From an uncultured Pseudomonadales bacterium (GTDB lineage: Bacteria; Patescibacteriota; Microgenomatia; UBA1400; MFAQ01), in assembly GCA_964509695.1 (NCBI GenBank), contig CAZDXN010000001.1, positions 51,188 through 115,187 on the forward strand: a stretch of 64,000 nt of DNA. Reading direction: 5' to 3'. A program made the position numbers and the translations under genes. The notes beneath the pieces were generated by a model. That model worked only from the letters and a program-made list of their open reading frames with translations, was not told the DNA's origin and searched no databases. Shown here piece by piece: positions 26,183-36,793 of this stretch (within the stretch, counting starts at the first letter, position 1; each line of letters opens with the position of its first letter).

Positions 26183-27721
26183 ATGAAAATTCTCCTAGTT
26201 TACCCAACCATAACTATCTACGGCAAGGACCGATCGGCAGTTTCTCCGATTCCACCATTGGGATTGGCATACATCGCCGCCTATATGGAGAAGCTTGGTC
26301 ATACCATCAAAATTCTCGATTGCGTCGCCGAGGGAATAGAAAACGTCAATAAGGTCAAGGGTGGTTTTCGGGTCGGTCTGGACGATACCAAAATAGCCAT
26401 TGAAATCAAAAAGTTCTCCCCTGACATCGTCGGCATCAGCTCGATGTTCTCGGCCTATGCTCAGGATGCCTATAGGATCGCCTTCTTAGTTAAAAATATT
26501 TCCAAGGAAATTCTGGTCGTCTTCGGTGGCGCCCATGCTTGTGCCCTGACGGATGACGTTCTCAAAAACAAAACAATTGATCTGTGCGTCATCGGGGAGG
26601 GGGAGCTGACCTTTGCCGAGATTGTCGATAAATTTTCCAAAGGGAAGCCGTATTTAAATATCAACGGGGTTGCTTACAAAAAGATGGGGAAAGTAATTTT
26701 TACTAGTCCGCGGGAACTAATCAATGACCTTGACGTGCTTCCTCTGCCGGCACGCCATCTATTGCCCATGGACATATATCTTAATAAACACAAAAATCCA
26801 TTCGTCTATTACGACCGTCATACTTTTATGATCTCTTCCCGTGGTTGTCCGATGAATTGTGTTTATTGTTCGATCCATGCCATTTGGAAAAATAAATGGC
26901 GATCGCGCTCTCCCGAAAGTGTTGTTGACGAAATTGAATATTTGGTCAAACAATATGGCATCAAGGAAATCCATTTTGTTGACGATAATCTTACAGTAAA
27001 CAAGAAACGAGCCGGATCCATTTGTGATCTAATCATCAAAAGAAAACTAAATATTAAGTGGACAGGCCCAAACGGCGTAGCTATTTGGACACTAGACGAG
27101 AAGCTGTTGGACAAAATGAAAAAAAGCGGTTGTTACCGCCTAACCTTCGGAATCGAATCCGGGTCGCAGCAAACCCAGAAGTTCATCCGAAAAAATCTCA
27201 ATCTAGAATATGCCAGAGATATGATAGCCTATTGCAACAAGATTGGAATTTGGACCCTTTCAACTTTTATCGTCGGATTTCCATACCAAGACAAAGACCA
27301 AATCGAGGCTTCGATCAATTACGCCATAAAATCCAAAACCGATTTTGCCACCTTTTACGTATTGATGCCCTTTCCCTCGACAGATGTTTGGAATATCTTA
27401 ATAAGGGAAAACCTCCTAAAAGAAAACGAGTTCTTCAACGAAATTGGCTACTATCTTTCCACCAGAGGAGTGACTTCTAAATACTTCAATCATGAACAAA
27501 TCCAGTTTTTTGCATCCCTCGCCCACAAAAAAGTATTAAAGGAGCAGATATTCCGGCTTATCTTTACCCCGGGTCATTATCTAAAGAAAATTCAAACCCG
27601 AGGGGATTTAGCTTATGCCGGAAAACTGTTGAAACAATTTGGTTGTCTTCTCTATCATTCGCTCGGTCGGCATGTCCGTGTCGGCGGTGCTATTTATCGC
27701 AAATCAGTTACCAGAGAATAG
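26183..27721 (+). CDS. Cobalamin-binding-domain radical SAM protein
   Basis: PPLGLAYIAA, FGGAHA, GEGE, SSRGCPMNCVYC, FVDDN, FGIESGS. Confidence 0.9.
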   Translation: MKILLVYPTITIYGKDRSAVSPIPPLGLAYIAAYMEKLGHTIKILDCVAEGIENVNKVKGGFRVGLDDTKIAIEIKKFSPDIVGISSMFSAYAQDAYRIAFLVKNISKEILVVFGGAHACALTDDVLKNKTIDLCVIGEGELTFAEIVDKFSKGKPYLNINGVAYKKMGKVIFTSPRELINDLDVLPLPARHLLPMDIYLNKHKNPFVYYDRHTFMISSRGCPMNCVYCSIHAIWKNKWRSRSPESVVDEIEYLVKQYGIKEIHFVDDNLTVNKKRAGSICDLIIKRKLNIKWTGPNGVAIWTLDEKLLDKMKKSGCYRLTFGIESGSQQTQKFIRKNLNLEYARDMIAYCNKIGIWTLSTFIVGFPYQDKDQIEASINYAIKSKTDFATFYVLMPFPSTDVWNILIRENLLKENEFFNEIGYYLSTRGVTSKYFNHEQIQFFASLAHKKVLKEQIFRLIFTPGHYLKKIQTRGDLAYAGKLLKQFGCLLYHSLGRHVRVGGAIYRKSVTRE

Positions 27722-27723
27722 TC

Positions 27724-28440
27724 ATGCGGCCAAAACAAAAACAAATAAACAATCCACACAACGGAATTTCTAACCAGATGAGAATCTTGAATCATCAAAA
27801 TTTCGAATACATAAAAAAAATTCAGAAAAAATACCAGCTCGATTTCAATGGCGTCAGCATATTGGATGTTGGAGTGGGCGGAGGATATTTGGCGGGTGAA
27901 ATTATCAAAGAGAACAGTGTGGTCAAATATATCGGCGTAGATATAGACAATTATCTTGAGAAAAATGTTAAAAATAAAGTCAGTTTTGTCAAAGCCGATC
28001 TTAATCATCTTCCCGACGTCGACGCTCTCTTAAAAACGAAGGAAAAGTACGATTACATTTTTATTTTTGATGTATTAGAACATCTCATTTACTTTCACCA
28101 TATTCTTCAAAACATTCACACGATTCTCTCACCGAAAGGAAAACTATTAATTTCGGTTCCGATTGATATCAATTTATCCACCAAGATAAAGATGGTTTTT
28201 CAGGACAGTTCATTCACGACCCCATTTGCGAGCGTATACGGACATATAAATTTATTCTCATTTCGTCAGTTCGAAGAAGGGTTAAGAAACATCAAGACAC
28301 TAGAAATAATCGATATAAATAAATGTGGACTTGGATATGGGCTATACGACAAAACGTTCCATTTAGATATGTGGGCGAAACTGTGTCCGATGATGTGCGG
28401 AAGGGCCAACCTGTATCTTAGAAAAATTGGTAAACATTAA
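27724..28440 (+). CDS. Class I SAM-dependent methyltransferase
   Basis: ILDVGVGGG, GVDID, FDVLEHL, LLISVP, GHINLF. ATG chosen just after the upstream stop. Confidence 0.85.
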   Translation: MRPKQKQINNPHNGISNQMRILNHQNFEYIKKIQKKYQLDFNGVSILDVGVGGGYLAGEIIKENSVVKYIGVDIDNYLEKNVKNKVSFVKADLNHLPDVDALLKTKEKYDYIFIFDVLEHLIYFHHILQNIHTILSPKGKLLISVPIDINLSTKIKMVFQDSSFTTPFASVYGHINLFSFRQFEEGLRNIKTLEIIDINKCGLGYGLYDKTFHLDMWAKLCPMMCGRANLYLRKIGKH

Positions 28441-28451
28441 CAAATAATATT

Positions 28452-29231
28452 ATGAAAACATTTCAGGATAAAAAATCGGAAATAACGTTTTTTGACAATC
28501 TCGCGATTAAGAGTGAATACGATGCCGTTCCCGAACAGGTATATAAAAAAGTTGCCATACGTTGTCACAGATTACTACAAAGCAAGCCATCAAAGATACT
28601 TGAAGTGGGTTGTGGTTCAGGAAAATTTGGTAAGGCACTAGCTCAATTGGGTCATAAAGTTACCGGTATAGATATATCATCTGAGACGGTGAAGAACGCC
28701 AATCGAGAAAAACCAAAAGGTTTCAAAGCGAAAATTCTCGACATGGAAAACCAAAAAAATTTTCCTAAAGACTCCTTCTCTCTAATACTCTGCCCCGGTG
28801 TTCTTCATCATTTACCGAACTTAACTATAAGCCAAGCAATTCCAAACTTCCGTCATTGGCTTGAGCCGGGTGGGTTAGTGGTTTGTTGGGAACCAAATGG
28901 ATCAAACCCAATCACCGCGCTTTCCAAAATTCTCTTTAGACTAGTTTATCTTATAGCTGGTGGTGGTGAATTTGCGACAGTGAATGAAACAAATCATTCA
29001 TTTAAACAATATTTGTCGTCATTTGAAAGAAATGGTTTCAGACTTGTCTCTTCGAGGCCCTTATCTGATAAAAGCACGGCTGGCTTTTCAAATCCTGTCA
29101 TGCGGATCCTCATCGAAATTCGTTGGCTTTTGTATGTTCTAATCGACAAACTGATCCCTCCCCCCTTTTCTGGAGTGATGTTATTCATGATCTATCGAAA
29201 AAAATCATTACTTTCGAAGACATATGCTTAG
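28452..29231 (+). CDS. Class I SAM-dependent methyltransferase
   Basis: ILEVGCGSG, TGIDIS, VLHHLP, LEPGG, EPN. Confidence 0.88.
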   Translation: MKTFQDKKSEITFFDNLAIKSEYDAVPEQVYKKVAIRCHRLLQSKPSKILEVGCGSGKFGKALAQLGHKVTGIDISSETVKNANREKPKGFKAKILDMENQKNFPKDSFSLILCPGVLHHLPNLTISQAIPNFRHWLEPGGLVVCWEPNGSNPITALSKILFRLVYLIAGGGEFATVNETNHSFKQYLSSFERNGFRLVSSRPLSDKSTAGFSNPVMRILIEIRWLLYVLIDKLIPPPFSGVMLFMIYRKKSLLSKTYA

Positions 29232-32040
29232 CCAACTAGTCCTTAGCGGATTTCTTTATACGATCGTCGCGATAGCAAGTATTAGAAAGCTTCTTGGTAT
29301 AGGGGAGGGCTTGGGACACAACTGGGATTCACCGTTTTCACCCTTGGCTATAAGTTATCTCTCTATGCTCAAAAACCTCCCGTATGTCTGGAACGGTCAA
29401 CATTCTCTCGGGTTTCCCATTATCTCTTCGATCTCAACCAAGATATGGTGGCTTTTCAATTCTACGGTCGGCATTGTTCTCAAGGGCAGTTTTGTCACCC
29501 AATTTATGATTTTATTTCTAATGATTGGTGGTGGGTTGCTTATGTTCTATTATGTTCGACAAATTCTAAAGACTAGCGGCCGTTCATCACTCTTTTTTGC
29601 ACCATTTTGTGCCGGCTTGTTTTTCATGTTTTCGCCGGTGGTTTTCGGTCACATAGTCGGCGGAGCTTTCAATCAGTTCTTTACTATGGTTGTGTCCCTA
29701 TTACTACTCATTGCCCTACAGGCCGGCGCATCAAGACAAAATATCAATAGAACGTCGATTGAAATATCACTCATTTTTATATTTATCTCCGTCACCCTCC
29801 ACAATCACCTAATTAACATTTTTATCACCATCTGTTACGTTTCACTTTTATATAGCTGGACTATAAAAAGGAAAATCGAATTGGCAGCAAAGACTACGAT
29901 GATTAGCTTGCTATTGGCAGCATACTGGCTTTTCCCAGAAATATACGGCTTGGCCAACTCAAATATTGCTCAAAAACTAAAGGAAAATATCTCCTTCGGC
30001 AACTTGGTTGTGAATGTGCCCAGTATAAGTAATGCGCTTTTTGCTAACGGTTATGTCCGTCGTTTCTATGACTTCATGGTTATAGACGGTCTGTATTCCA
30101 TTTGGAAAGTTGCCGGCCTATCTTTATTCTTCATCATCATCGCTTCAGTATTTCTAGTCGGCGAAACAAATTTTCAAGTCAAAAAATATTCTCTTTTCTG
30201 GTTTGGTTTGTTCTTAATCTTTGTAAATTTCGCTACCGGTTTTACCGGTCCATTAGGATCGGCTATCAAATTTTTGTACGAAAATTTCCCCCCACTATCG
30301 ATTTTTCGTTCTCCCCAATGGTGGATGATGCCCTTAACGATTTGTTTTGCAGTTCTTATTGGCTTGAGCTTCGAGCGATTCGCCAGCTTGCTTCGATTCA
30401 AACTATCAACCAAATTATCGTTGTTCACCCTCTTGGTATTTGTCTTACACCCTTTTTATATATCGGGAGATTTAGGCATTGAAAAACTGTATCAAAGGCA
30501 ACTGGCGACTACCAATTGGTATAAGGCTGATCATCTTGATTTGTACAAAGTTCCGGGTGATTACCGCAAAACGATCGAAATTCTTGCCAAAGACGACTCC
30601 GACTCAAAAGTTCTTCTCCTCCCCCTTAGTTTAAGTCCCTATTTCGAAGTGACATCGTATCAAAAGCAGGGTTCTGGAGTTGACCCGATTCTCGCTTATC
30701 TAGCCCCCAAGCCCGTCATCTTTAACGATATAAATGTTGAATACGACACAAAGAGCACTCTACTCTCTCCGGAGAAAAAACTTTATCGCGACCGGAGTCT
30801 CGAATTTCTAAACCTATTGGGGGTTTTCAATACGAAGTACATTTTATTCAAGAAAGATTACTCTCCTGTTTTTTCTGATTATCGAAACTTCTGGGACGGC
30901 CAAACAGTTTACAGTCTACTGACGAAAAATATCAGCCAAATTGGCGAAATTGTCGAAAACGGTGAGTCGACTCTCCTCGTCAAGCTCAATGACAACCTAT
31001 ATTGGCCCCACGTTTACGTCCCACAAAATATTTTCGTTGTCAGTGGCAATCCACAATCATTATCAGATATTGGTTCTCTGGTTGACGACAAAAAAAAATC
31101 CGCCGTCTTTTTTTCCGAGGCGGTCAGCGGCCCCCAAGTTTCAGATCCTCATGATTTAGATCGTGAAAATGTCTCCCCATCTTCACTTTTTGTAGTCGGG
31201 GAACTGATAAAAAAAATTAAAGGTTATTATCGATCGAAGTTTGATCTTAAAATTCCTCAAGCAGGAGAATACAAGATTTTGGCAAAAAACGACCTCCAAG
31301 ACACCAATTGGAAATTGGTTGAAGAAAAATATTTCGAAAAAGGTCAAACCACATATCTTCTACCGGAACCAAAACCCATCAATCTGGTCGATAAGTTCGG
31401 AGTCATAACGGATTATCAATACGATACCGAATACCTAGTCAGTTTCTATTACAACGATGATAACGACAACACAATATTGACAGTTGTCGAAGAAGGTGAA
31501 AAAGAAAAGCTAGTTCTCGACAAACTCCCGCGCACGGAAGAAAATTTTGTGTTATATCAAACCGTTTTTCGTTCAACCCCAAGGGGCCTACCGGCAATAA
31601 TATCCGTTTCAAACGAAGCGGTGAAAGATCTCAGAGTCGAAAAAGTGACATCTCCCCAGATAATCCTTTGGAAAAAAGGCCGGGTAGAAATGAAAGATAC
31701 TCCAGAAGTAGAGTTGGTAAAGATCAACCCGACGAAGTACCGAATCACCGTGAAGAACGCCACCAAACCATTCGTTTTGATTTTTTCCGAAGCCTACAAC
31801 CAAGGGTGGAAGCTTAGATACATGAACCGTGTGATTTCCAAAGCCAGTCACAAAGTGGTTAACGGATATGCCAATTCGTGGATTGTAGTCCCCAACGAGG
31901 TAGGAGCCAAACGTGATTTTGAGCTGATCATTGAATTTTGGCCGCAAAAACTATTCTATATTGGTCTACTTATAAGTGGTTTTTCACTGATTCTCACCCT
32001 CTCATTTCTGATAAAGTACGCCAATGAAAAAGAATCGTAA
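29224..32040 (+). CDS. Large multi-pass membrane protein, GT-C-like (AftD/YfhO-like architecture)
   Basis: N-terminal HNWDSPF, ~12 TM segments, FRSPQWW; C-terminal KINPTKYRI...FSEAYNQGW...VNGYANSW...EFWPQ. Shares this architecture with 50680-52863. Confidence 0.6.
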   Translation: MLSQLVLSGFLYTIVAIASIRKLLGIGEGLGHNWDSPFSPLAISYLSMLKNLPYVWNGQHSLGFPIISSISTKIWWLFNSTVGIVLKGSFVTQFMILFLMIGGGLLMFYYVRQILKTSGRSSLFFAPFCAGLFFMFSPVVFGHIVGGAFNQFFTMVVSLLLLIALQAGASRQNINRTSIEISLIFIFISVTLHNHLINIFITICYVSLLYSWTIKRKIELAAKTTMISLLLAAYWLFPEIYGLANSNIAQKLKENISFGNLVVNVPSISNALFANGYVRRFYDFMVIDGLYSIWKVAGLSLFFIIIASVFLVGETNFQVKKYSLFWFGLFLIFVNFATGFTGPLGSAIKFLYENFPPLSIFRSPQWWMMPLTICFAVLIGLSFERFASLLRFKLSTKLSLFTLLVFVLHPFYISGDLGIEKLYQRQLATTNWYKADHLDLYKVPGDYRKTIEILAKDDSDSKVLLLPLSLSPYFEVTSYQKQGSGVDPILAYLAPKPVIFNDINVEYDTKSTLLSPEKKLYRDRSLEFLNLLGVFNTKYILFKKDYSPVFSDYRNFWDGQTVYSLLTKNISQIGEIVENGESTLLVKLNDNLYWPHVYVPQNIFVVSGNPQSLSDIGSLVDDKKKSAVFFSEAVSGPQVSDPHDLDRENVSPSSLFVVGELIKKIKGYYRSKFDLKIPQAGEYKILAKNDLQDTNWKLVEEKYFEKGQTTYLLPEPKPINLVDKFGVITDYQYDTEYLVSFYYNDDNDNTILTVVEEGEKEKLVLDKLPRTEENFVLYQTVFRSTPRGLPAIISVSNEAVKDLRVEKVTSPQIILWKKGRVEMKDTPEVELVKINPTKYRITVKNATKPFVLIFSEAYNQGWKLRYMNRVISKASHKVVNGYANSWIVVPNEVGAKRDFELIIEFWPQKLFYIGLLISGFSLILTLSFLIKYANEKES

Positions 32041-34759
32041 ATTACTCCTTCTCTTAATTTTGCCAATTCTATTTTTTTGCCTTTGGGTTTTTTTGAGCAC
32101 ATTCGCCTACCTAAAGAACACGGGGACAGGCTTTCTAACCCTAGAAGATAGTTTTGAAAAACAAAATCTTTCCGGAGATATTACCGTAAACTTGACTAAA
32201 GGGAAAATAGTTACGGGTAGGTTTGTCTCAACTCATGTGAATTTGGGGTCAATATCAATTAGGTTCAGAACCTTCGATCGCATCAACGACGACAAGCTTC
32301 TATTCAGAATCAGGGAAGAAGACAAAATAACTTGGTTCTACCAAGCTGAATACAAAACCGATCAATTCCAACCCAATCAACTATTCCCATTCGGTTTTCC
32401 TCCCCAAAAGGACTCGAAAGGACGAAGTTATGTTTTTGAAATCGAATCATTGGACGGGAGTCTTTTTAACAGTGTTGCCATTGGGGAAACGACCCCAGTT
32501 TTTGTGGCCAGATACACCCTTAGCAAACAGGCCCTACTACTCAACCCGGGACAATTCGTGAAATTTCTTTTCATCAGATTTCAAAACATATCAAAGGATG
32601 ATCAGTTTCTCTCGAGTTGGCGATTCTTCGTCGGCATCCTGTCAGTCTATTGTGCTTCTACTCTTTTAAATAATTCTTTTATCAAGTGGTTTGTGCTTTT
32701 GAATCTCGCCACCATTAGTACGATTATTTTCGACCTAGATCACAACTGGGTTTTCTTATCAGCGATCAGCCTCTTCTGGTTTATCACATTCATAAAATTC
32801 AAAAAAACATCTCGCGACATAGGAAAAATTGCCGTTACATATCTATTTGTCTTAATGGTAGCGACCCTAGCTAATCAAACAAGATATCTCGAAAAGATTT
32901 CAAATTGGGTTTACTATCTCACCCTCATGGCTTTTCTAAGACACATGATCAAAAAGGACATTAGTTCGCTATTTAATAAAATTGCCTCTAGTCAAACCCC
33001 CCAGATCATTCTTATAACTGTCATTGTCGGCATAGTTGTGCATGAAATTTCAAATGTATATTATCTTCCTGTTTTTAGATTGATCGGTGGATTACAGCCA
33101 ATTTTCATCCTCAGTATCTTCATGTTAATCCTCGGAGAGGCATTATTAGTTCTTAGAGGGAAATTGTCCCCCCTCTTTTTTGTGATTTTCATTCTCAAGC
33201 TACCGTTTATTTTCCACGGGAACTGGGAAAATAATTTTTTTGTAACCTACATGACCGACGAGGTTGTTTTTCTATCTCCAATAATCTCACACGTCCATTC
33301 GGGTTCACTTAGCCTAAACGAGTTCCTGATTTTCGGTTACCCGCCATTTTTGTTTAATGTCCTTTATGGTCTTTACAGTCTGCTTTTCGGAATATTGAAA
33401 ATAATGAGTATCCAACTCTCTGAAATCAGAACACTTGAAATTATTTATTACGGGGGAAGGTTATTAGTTCTAACGGCCACTGTTACTGGCTCTTATTTCT
33501 TTCTAAAGGTATTTCGAGAACTTATACCGTCTCGTTTTTATCAGGGACTTTTAATAATTCTTATCAATTTTAACGGTCTCTTCTTTTTATACTCGACCTA
33601 CTTAAAGACAGATAATCTAGTCTGGGCGATGGGGGCGATCGCCATTTATCAAGGATTGGTCTTCTGGAAAAACAGAAACAGGGTTAACTATTATAAGTTT
33701 GGTCTATTTTCCTTAATACCATCACTCATCAATTACTATGGCTACATTTACATTCTTTTTTTTGCCTTGATATCGATCGTCTCTTCAACCCCGAAAAACA
33801 AAGAAATCTCTATCCCAATAAAATCGAAATTAATTTTTACACTCGTTATCCTGCCAATCTTGTGGTTGCTGGCAAACTTCGAACTTGCCCCAAAGATCAT
33901 CGAGGTCGTCTATTATTTCATCAAATTTGCTACCAGCAAAAACGAACTATTTGTTCCGTTCTTTGAAAATATCAACAATTATCCCTCATATATATTTTAC
34001 TTCGATTATCTTAAATTTTTCTTGACTCCCATCCTATTAATTTTTATTGGTTTACTTCTCTTCATGAAAAAAACTAATCTATATTTCAAGTTATTATGTT
34101 TGACTATGGTGCTATTTTTTCTTCAGCTATCAACCGCCTCATATCGTACTGACCGACTATTTATTCCAATTTATATTTTCGCCATTCTTCTGGTTGTTTA
34201 CTTACTTTCCCAAATATACAATTTCCTCTTGAAAAGTAAATTGCGTTTTGTCGTCGCCTTAATAAGCTTGGCTTTAGCCGGACCGATTCTTGCGAGAACC
34301 CTTTTGCTCGCAAAAACATTACAGGGGGAGGACACCCGTTTAACTTTATACAAATATATCCAACAGGAAGTTCCTGAAAAAGCCTCGCTTACTTTTCTTC
34401 ACAACTCAATTTTTGGAGCCTATGCAACTTCTGATTATCTAAAAAGGAATAATTCCAAAATGTTTGACATTAGAGTTATAGATTTGACGGTTGGTCGTGA
34501 GAACGAACGCTTGAAGGAGATTGGTGGCTATTTTATTGTTTCAGCCTTTGATCTTGATATCTTACGGAAATTCGGCAACACCCCATATTACGGTAGGTCG
34601 TTTCAGGAAACCACAGATCTCATCGCGCGAAGTAAGGAAGTGAGCTTCGTCGACAAAATCAATTATCATTCGGAACCATTTGGTCCGATCGATCTCTTCC
34701 CCAACTCGCTTTACGGCATTCAAAATCCACCACTACTCATCTACAAAACAAACGATTAA
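32024..34759 (+). CDS. Multi-pass ArnT/PMT-like GT-C protein with N-terminal 'TDQFQ/FPFG' extracytoplasmic domain
   Basis: Internal TDE loop motif, YPPF, KTDN, DRLFIP, DTR. Its N-terminal domain is shared with 39345 and 52860. Confidence 0.6.
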   Translation: MKKNRKLLLLLILPILFFCLWVFLSTFAYLKNTGTGFLTLEDSFEKQNLSGDITVNLTKGKIVTGRFVSTHVNLGSISIRFRTFDRINDDKLLFRIREEDKITWFYQAEYKTDQFQPNQLFPFGFPPQKDSKGRSYVFEIESLDGSLFNSVAIGETTPVFVARYTLSKQALLLNPGQFVKFLFIRFQNISKDDQFLSSWRFFVGILSVYCASTLLNNSFIKWFVLLNLATISTIIFDLDHNWVFLSAISLFWFITFIKFKKTSRDIGKIAVTYLFVLMVATLANQTRYLEKISNWVYYLTLMAFLRHMIKKDISSLFNKIASSQTPQIILITVIVGIVVHEISNVYYLPVFRLIGGLQPIFILSIFMLILGEALLVLRGKLSPLFFVIFILKLPFIFHGNWENNFFVTYMTDEVVFLSPIISHVHSGSLSLNEFLIFGYPPFLFNVLYGLYSLLFGILKIMSIQLSEIRTLEIIYYGGRLLVLTATVTGSYFFLKVFRELIPSRFYQGLLIILINFNGLFFLYSTYLKTDNLVWAMGAIAIYQGLVFWKNRNRVNYYKFGLFSLIPSLINYYGYIYILFFALISIVSSTPKNKEISIPIKSKLIFTLVILPILWLLANFELAPKIIEVVYYFIKFATSKNELFVPFFENINNYPSYIFYFDYLKFFLTPILLIFIGLLLFMKKTNLYFKLLCLTMVLFFLQLSTASYRTDRLFIPIYIFAILLVVYLLSQIYNFLLKSKLRFVVALISLALAGPILARTLLLAKTLQGEDTRLTLYKYIQQEVPEKASLTFLHNSIFGAYATSDYLKRNNSKMFDIRVIDLTVGRENERLKEIGGYFIVSAFDLDILRKFGNTPYYGRSFQETTDLIARSKEVSFVDKINYHSEPFGPIDLFPNSLYGIQNPPLLIYKTND

Positions 34760-35271
34760 CGTCTCAAATTCAGATAGGTCGGCCGTTGACTAGATATTAT
34801 GTATCTCAACAACTCAGGAATTTCTTCTTTTGTCTCGGGCCAAAAAGCCTCAATTTTTGAAAAAACTTCCATGATCTTCCTGTCCTCCTCGGCCCAATGT
34901 GAAAAACCATCATGACCATAATCCCTGTTTCTTCCACCGCCAATTAACTTTACTGGAATACCGTCGCGGTGAAGATAGTTCCGTATTGTCTCGAATGGCC
35001 GGTAAAGAAGAAAGGGTGTAATTGAATAGACAACCGGAATCTGACCCTCGATTGCCAACCCGACAGCCATACCCACCATTGCCTGCTCGGCTGCGCCAAC
35101 ATTAACAAATCTCTTTGGGAAATCTCTTTTGACTCTGTCAAACATCCCATAACCCAAGTCTCCAGTCATCATCCAAATACGATCGTCAAGTCTCATTAGG
35201 TCATGTAATTCATAAGTGAACCACCCTCTCATACTCTCATACCTCTCGGATACCTTTAGCTGCTCGACCAT
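34756..35271 (-). CDS. Transketolase-like subunit, pyrimidine-binding domain only
   Basis: TGDLG, NVGAAEQAMVGMAVGLA, RPFETIR, GFSHW, YLNLR. The protein ends there at 171 aa. Confidence 0.85.
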   Translation of the reverse strand: MVEQLKVSERYESMRGWFTYELHDLMRLDDRIWMMTGDLGYGMFDRVKRDFPKRFVNVGAAEQAMVGMAVGLAIEGQIPVVYSITPFLLYRPFETIRNYLHRDGIPVKLIGGGRNRDYGHDGFSHWAEEDRKIMEVFSKIEAFWPETKEEIPELLRYIISSQRPTYLNLRR

Positions 35272-35969
35272 CTTGCCAAGGCTAATTCATAATCATCGGC
35301 TGACATTGTATGGTAATGGGCAGACAGGCCGTTCAAAAAGGGAAGTTGTTCGACATTTGTATAGGCAAAGATGATAGTGGGGTCAGTTGTTTCTGATCTT
35401 AAGGCTACCACAAGGCTCTCTAAGTCATGACCGTCTACCCCGACCAGGTTCCAGCCAAATGATTGCATTGAAATTACCAAACGATTTATATCTATTTCAC
35501 CATACCCCCCATATCCATTAGCATTAACCACCAACCTTAAATTACCTAGTTTCAATTCGCGGGCAATTCTTAGTGCCTCCCAAATACTACCCTCAGCGCA
35601 TTCACCATCCGAGACACAGCAGTAAACATTTCTGGTTCGGTCAGAGAGTGCCATTCCGACCGCGATCGGCAGCCCTTGGCCCAAACTCCCAGTGGACACC
35701 TCTATCCCAAGGTTCAGATTCCTGTCTGGGTGGACACCCAATTCATCGATGCTCGGGTTTTCCAATAGTCCATATCTTTCCATGACGGCATAAAGAGCGG
35801 TGGCTGCATGTCCGTTACTTAGAACGAACTTGTCTTTCGGTTCCTTTATCGAAAAAACGGCCTCAACAATATCCACCACCGATAGAGCAGAACCCAGATG
35901 GGCAACCTTCGCCTTGTAGGACATTTCAATGATTCTTCGGCGATTTGATATTTGTTCTGGCGTCATCAT
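35256..35969 (-). CDS. Transketolase-like subunit, ThDP-binding N-terminal domain
   Basis: HLGSALS, LSNGH, STGSLGQGL, SDGECAEG..WEA...N (ThDP motif), VDGHD. Start at ATG 35969 or 35966. Confidence 0.88.
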   Translation of the reverse strand: MMTPEQISNRRRIIEMSYKAKVAHLGSALSVVDIVEAVFSIKEPKDKFVLSNGHAATALYAVMERYGLLENPSIDELGVHPDRNLNLGIEVSTGSLGQGLPIAVGMALSDRTRNVYCCVSDGECAEGSIWEALRIARELKLGNLRLVVNANGYGGYGEIDINRLVISMQSFGWNLVGVDGHDLESLVVALRSETTDPTIIFAYTNVEQLPFLNGLSAHYHTMSADDYELALARWSSS

Positions 35970-36025
35970 CGGGTATGATATCACGGCCATTGAACCTAGG
36001 CCATTGTGGTTTACAATATCAGAAA

Positions 36026-36790
36026 ATGACAAAGTTTTTTATTACCGGCGTATCATCGGGGATCGGTAGAGCCTTAACCGAGGAATTGGTTAAGGCTGGT
36101 CATTCAGTCTGGGGGGTGTCGAGAAGACGAGCCCTCCTTATCGGATTGAAAAAACAGTTGAATGCAAACAAGAACTTCAAGTTTTGCTCTATGGACATAA
36201 CCAGTCCTAGTAGTTGGCAACGCCTAATTACAAAAATGTCTTCTGCGAAGTTTGTGCCGCAGGTTGTTGTTTTTAATGCAGCGATCCTCGAAAATGACTA
36301 CCTGTCCAATAACTCCATTGATATGATATCGACTCGAAAGATGATGGAAACAAACTATTTCAGTACCTTATCAGGTCTCAATGAGCTGTCGAAAGTAGTC
36401 AGGAGAAAAACAAAATTTATTTTCGTTGGATCATCCTCGGCTTTTAAAGGCAGTGGGGAAGAGGGGATCGGTTATTCCGGAAGCAAGGCGGCTCTCAATA
36501 CTGCTTTTGAAAGCCTATTTCAAAAATTCAATGCGGCCTACAACTTTAAAATTATTCATTTCGGTCCGATAAAAACGGACATGGTTCCGTTTGATTCGAG
36601 AATATTGTTTATGAGGTCTCCACAGCAAGCAGCGCGGGCGATCATTGAGGCCGTCAAGACCGACGGTCACATTTTCTATTACCCGTGGTTGCCATTTTTT
36701 TTCCTTCGGATTATTAAATTACTGCCATCCCCGATATACTTATCAGTGCTTAACACCATTAATTCTATTCACAGAAAATACAGAAAATAA
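36026..36790 (+). CDS. Short-chain dehydrogenase/reductase
   Basis: ITGVSSGIG, NAA, GSSS, YSGSK, GPIKT. ATG 36026 is preceded by TACAAT at 8 nt. Confidence 0.88.
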   Translation: MTKFFITGVSSGIGRALTEELVKAGHSVWGVSRRRALLIGLKKQLNANKNFKFCSMDITSPSSWQRLITKMSSAKFVPQVVVFNAAILENDYLSNNSIDMISTRKMMETNYFSTLSGLNELSKVVRRKTKFIFVGSSSAFKGSGEEGIGYSGSKAALNTAFESLFQKFNAAYNFKIIHFGPIKTDMVPFDSRILFMRSPQQAARAIIEAVKTDGHIFYYPWLPFFFLRIIKLLPSPIYLSVLNTINSIHRKYRK

Positions 36791-36793
36791 ACA

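Noticed and set aside
31085-31100. Poly-A and other homopolymer runs as phase-variation switches
   Set aside because: The runs are short (about 7-9 nt), expected in Lys/Phe-rich AT-biased genes, and the ORFs are intact.
35945-36032. Apparent head-to-head overlap of the transketolase and SDR ORFs
   Set aside because: This is an artefact of taking the longest ORF. Motif-supported starts (35969/35966 on -, 36026 on +), each with its own -10, remove the overlap. The same applies to extended starts at 4553, 17685, 27643, 47017 and 62025.
29224-36790. Mycobacterial-type arabinofuranose pathway (AftD-like proteins plus a DprE2-like SDR)
   Set aside because: No DprE1-like FAD oxidase or UbiA-type phosphoribosyltransferase is in the window, and the SDR motifs are generic.
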